A stretch of DNA of 60,788 nucleotides from Arcobacter nitrofigilis (GTDB taxonomy: Bacteria; Campylobacterota; Campylobacteria; Campylobacterales; Arcobacteraceae): NCBI GenBank assembly GCA_020723015.1, contig DYJR01000001.1, positions 1 to 60,788 of the forward strand, written 5' to 3'. Below the pieces are notes generated by a model. That model did no database searches, had not been told where the DNA came from, and saw nothing but the letters and a program-made list of their open reading frames with translations. Shown in pieces: positions 59,428 to 60,788 of this stretch (positions are counted from its first letter, which is position 1; the number at the start of each line of letters is the position of its first letter). The position numbers and the translations under genes were made by a program.

Positions 59428-59537
59428 AAAATGTATGAGAAATTAAGGATTGAAAATGAAGTTTGTCCTCACTTCGTTGCGGGATAAATTTTGCTTTGCA
59501 AAATGTATGAAAAATTAAGGATTGAAAATGAAGTTTG
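59428..59537 (+). repeat. 38-bp direct repeat of the dapC RBS/start flanking a 34-bp palindromic insert
   Basis: 59428..59465 vs 59500..59537, one mismatch. Confidence 0.9.
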
Positions 59538-60661
59538 AAAAATATCCGTTTGAGAAATTGACAGAGTTATTGGAAGGTATTGAGCCAAATAGTGATTATA
59601 CGCCTAGTAGTTTAACTATCGGTGAGCCACAGTTTGATACACCCTTATTTATACAAGAAACTTTAAAAAACAGTACGAATTTACTAAATAAATATCCAAA
59701 AAGTGCCGGTGAAGACAACCTCAAAGAGGCTATGATAAAATTTAATCGTGAAAGATTCGGTGTAGAACTTAAGAAATCGGAAATTATCCCTACTTTTGGT
59801 ACTAGAGAAGTTTTATTTAATATGCCTCAATATCTATTATTTGATAAAAAAGAACCGGTCATGGCATATACGAATCCTTTTTATCAAATATACGAAGGCG
59901 CGGCTATAGCAAGTCGTGCTAAAGTTTATCACCTTGATTTGACACCACAAAACAATTTCAAACCAGAAGTAAACAATGAAATATTAAAAGAATGTGATTT
60001 AGTAATCCTAAACTTTCCAAATAACCCCACATCGGCTGTCATTGATCTTGATGAACTTGTAGTATGGGTAAAAAAAGCTTTAGAGTTTGATTTTGTACTT
60101 ATTAACGATGAATGTTATAGTGAGCTTTATTTTGATGAAAAAAATAAACCGGTAAGTATCTTAAATGCATCCATCAAGGCGGGAAATCCTACTTTTAAAA
60201 ATATAATAGCATTAAATTCCATATCAAAAAGAAGCTCTGCTCCCGGGCTTAGAAGCGGTTTTGTATGCGGTGATGCAAATATCCTAAAAGGGTATATGCA
60301 ATATCGTACCTATATAGGATGTGCCGTACCTCTTCCTATTCAAGAAGCATCAAGGGTAGCCTGGGAGGATATGGAACACGTCAAAGTATTTCAAGATACC
60401 TACAAGAAAAATTTTGAGATAGCAAAAGAGATTTTGGGTGTAGAAATACCGAAAGCTACGTTTTATATATGGCTAGAAGTCGGTAACGAGCTAGAATTTA
60501 CAAAAGAGTTATACAGACAAAAAAACGTAAAAGTTTTACCTGGGAGTTTTTTGGGTAGGAACGGCATAGGAAAAGGCTATATAAGGATAGCACTTGTGGA
60601 AAATGAGACAAAAACAAAAGAAGTGCTACAAAGAATAGCTGATTTTCAAACAAATTGGTAA
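59528..60661 (+). CDS. dapC: Succinyldiaminopimelate aminotransferase (class I/II PLP enzyme)
   Basis: YPFEKL, NPFYQIYEGAA, NFPNNPT, DECYSE, SKRSSAPGLRSG. Confidence 0.85.
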   Translation: MKFEKYPFEKLTELLEGIEPNSDYTPSSLTIGEPQFDTPLFIQETLKNSTNLLNKYPKSAGEDNLKEAMIKFNRERFGVELKKSEIIPTFGTREVLFNMPQYLLFDKKEPVMAYTNPFYQIYEGAAIASRAKVYHLDLTPQNNFKPEVNNEILKECDLVILNFPNNPTSAVIDLDELVVWVKKALEFDFVLINDECYSELYFDEKNKPVSILNASIKAGNPTFKNIIALNSISKRSSAPGLRSGFVCGDANILKGYMQYRTYIGCAVPLPIQEASRVAWEDMEHVKVFQDTYKKNFEIAKEILGVEIPKATFYIWLEVGNELEFTKELYRQKNVKVLPGSFLGRNGIGKGYIRIALVENETKTKEVLQRIADFQTNW

Positions 60662-60733
60662 TTAGTAATTGGTTATTGGGAAGAAAAATACTAATATACC
60701 AATTATCAATACACTAATAACTAATATACTAAC
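60653..60733. repeat. ATTGGTA/ACCAAT 7-8 nt repeats in inverted arrangement
   Basis: attggta attagta attggtt attgg ... actaatat accaatt atcaatac actaata actaatat actaa. Confidence 0.75.
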
Positions 60734-60734
60734 A

Positions 60735-60788
60735 ATAAACCATCCTATAAAGAATAGCTTAAACAGCTAAACTTTTTTAGGGTGTGCT
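60735..60788 (+). repeat. Right copy of the 54-bp terminal repeat
   Basis: Reverse complement of 12..65 with 3 mismatches; runs off the window end. Confidence 0.85.

Noticed and set aside
59428-59537. Possible mini-CRISPR (38-bp repeats, 34-bp spacer)
   Set aside because: Only two copies, the repeat is the dapC RBS/start itself, and no cas genes are present

Overview
AT-rich chromosomal DNA from a Campylobacterota bacterium. Gene content and order look most like Arcobacteraceae, which is my inference from recognised proteins, not a search result. About 1-35 kb is one large flagellar/chemotaxis cluster: flhA, flgL, fliI, pflA-like, flhB, fliR, fliK, flgC, fliE, flhG, flhF, flgA/N/J-like, motBA, fliY, flaG, pflB-like, two flgE, flgD, fliN/H/G/F, flgB, flgF, cheZ, cheY and flgG, plus several unknown ORFs. 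The rest is housekeeping: gmk, chePep-like, tsf, rpsB, ffh-rpsP-khpA-rimM, then a 13-kb opposite-strand block (dsbD, psd, metH, a TA pair, atpB, ilvA), then trmD-rplS, tgt and dapC. Most notable: (1) a 1013-aa FliK ruler with a recent in-frame 339-bp tandem duplication; (2) a PomAB-like, probably Na+-type stator lacking both conserved MotA prolines; (3) a CheZ with repeated CheY-binding-type helices; (4) a 6S-like RNA whose 3' arm is missing or overlaps trmD; (5) a 54-bp inverted repeat at both window ends; (6) a 275-bp MITE; (7) several short-repeat and palindrome families, one inside a CDS and one flanked by a duplicated gene start; (8) a doubly frameshifted thioredoxin. I saw no CRISPR, tRNA, rRNA, phage or transposase genes, and no clear-cut new multi-gene system beyond these candidates.
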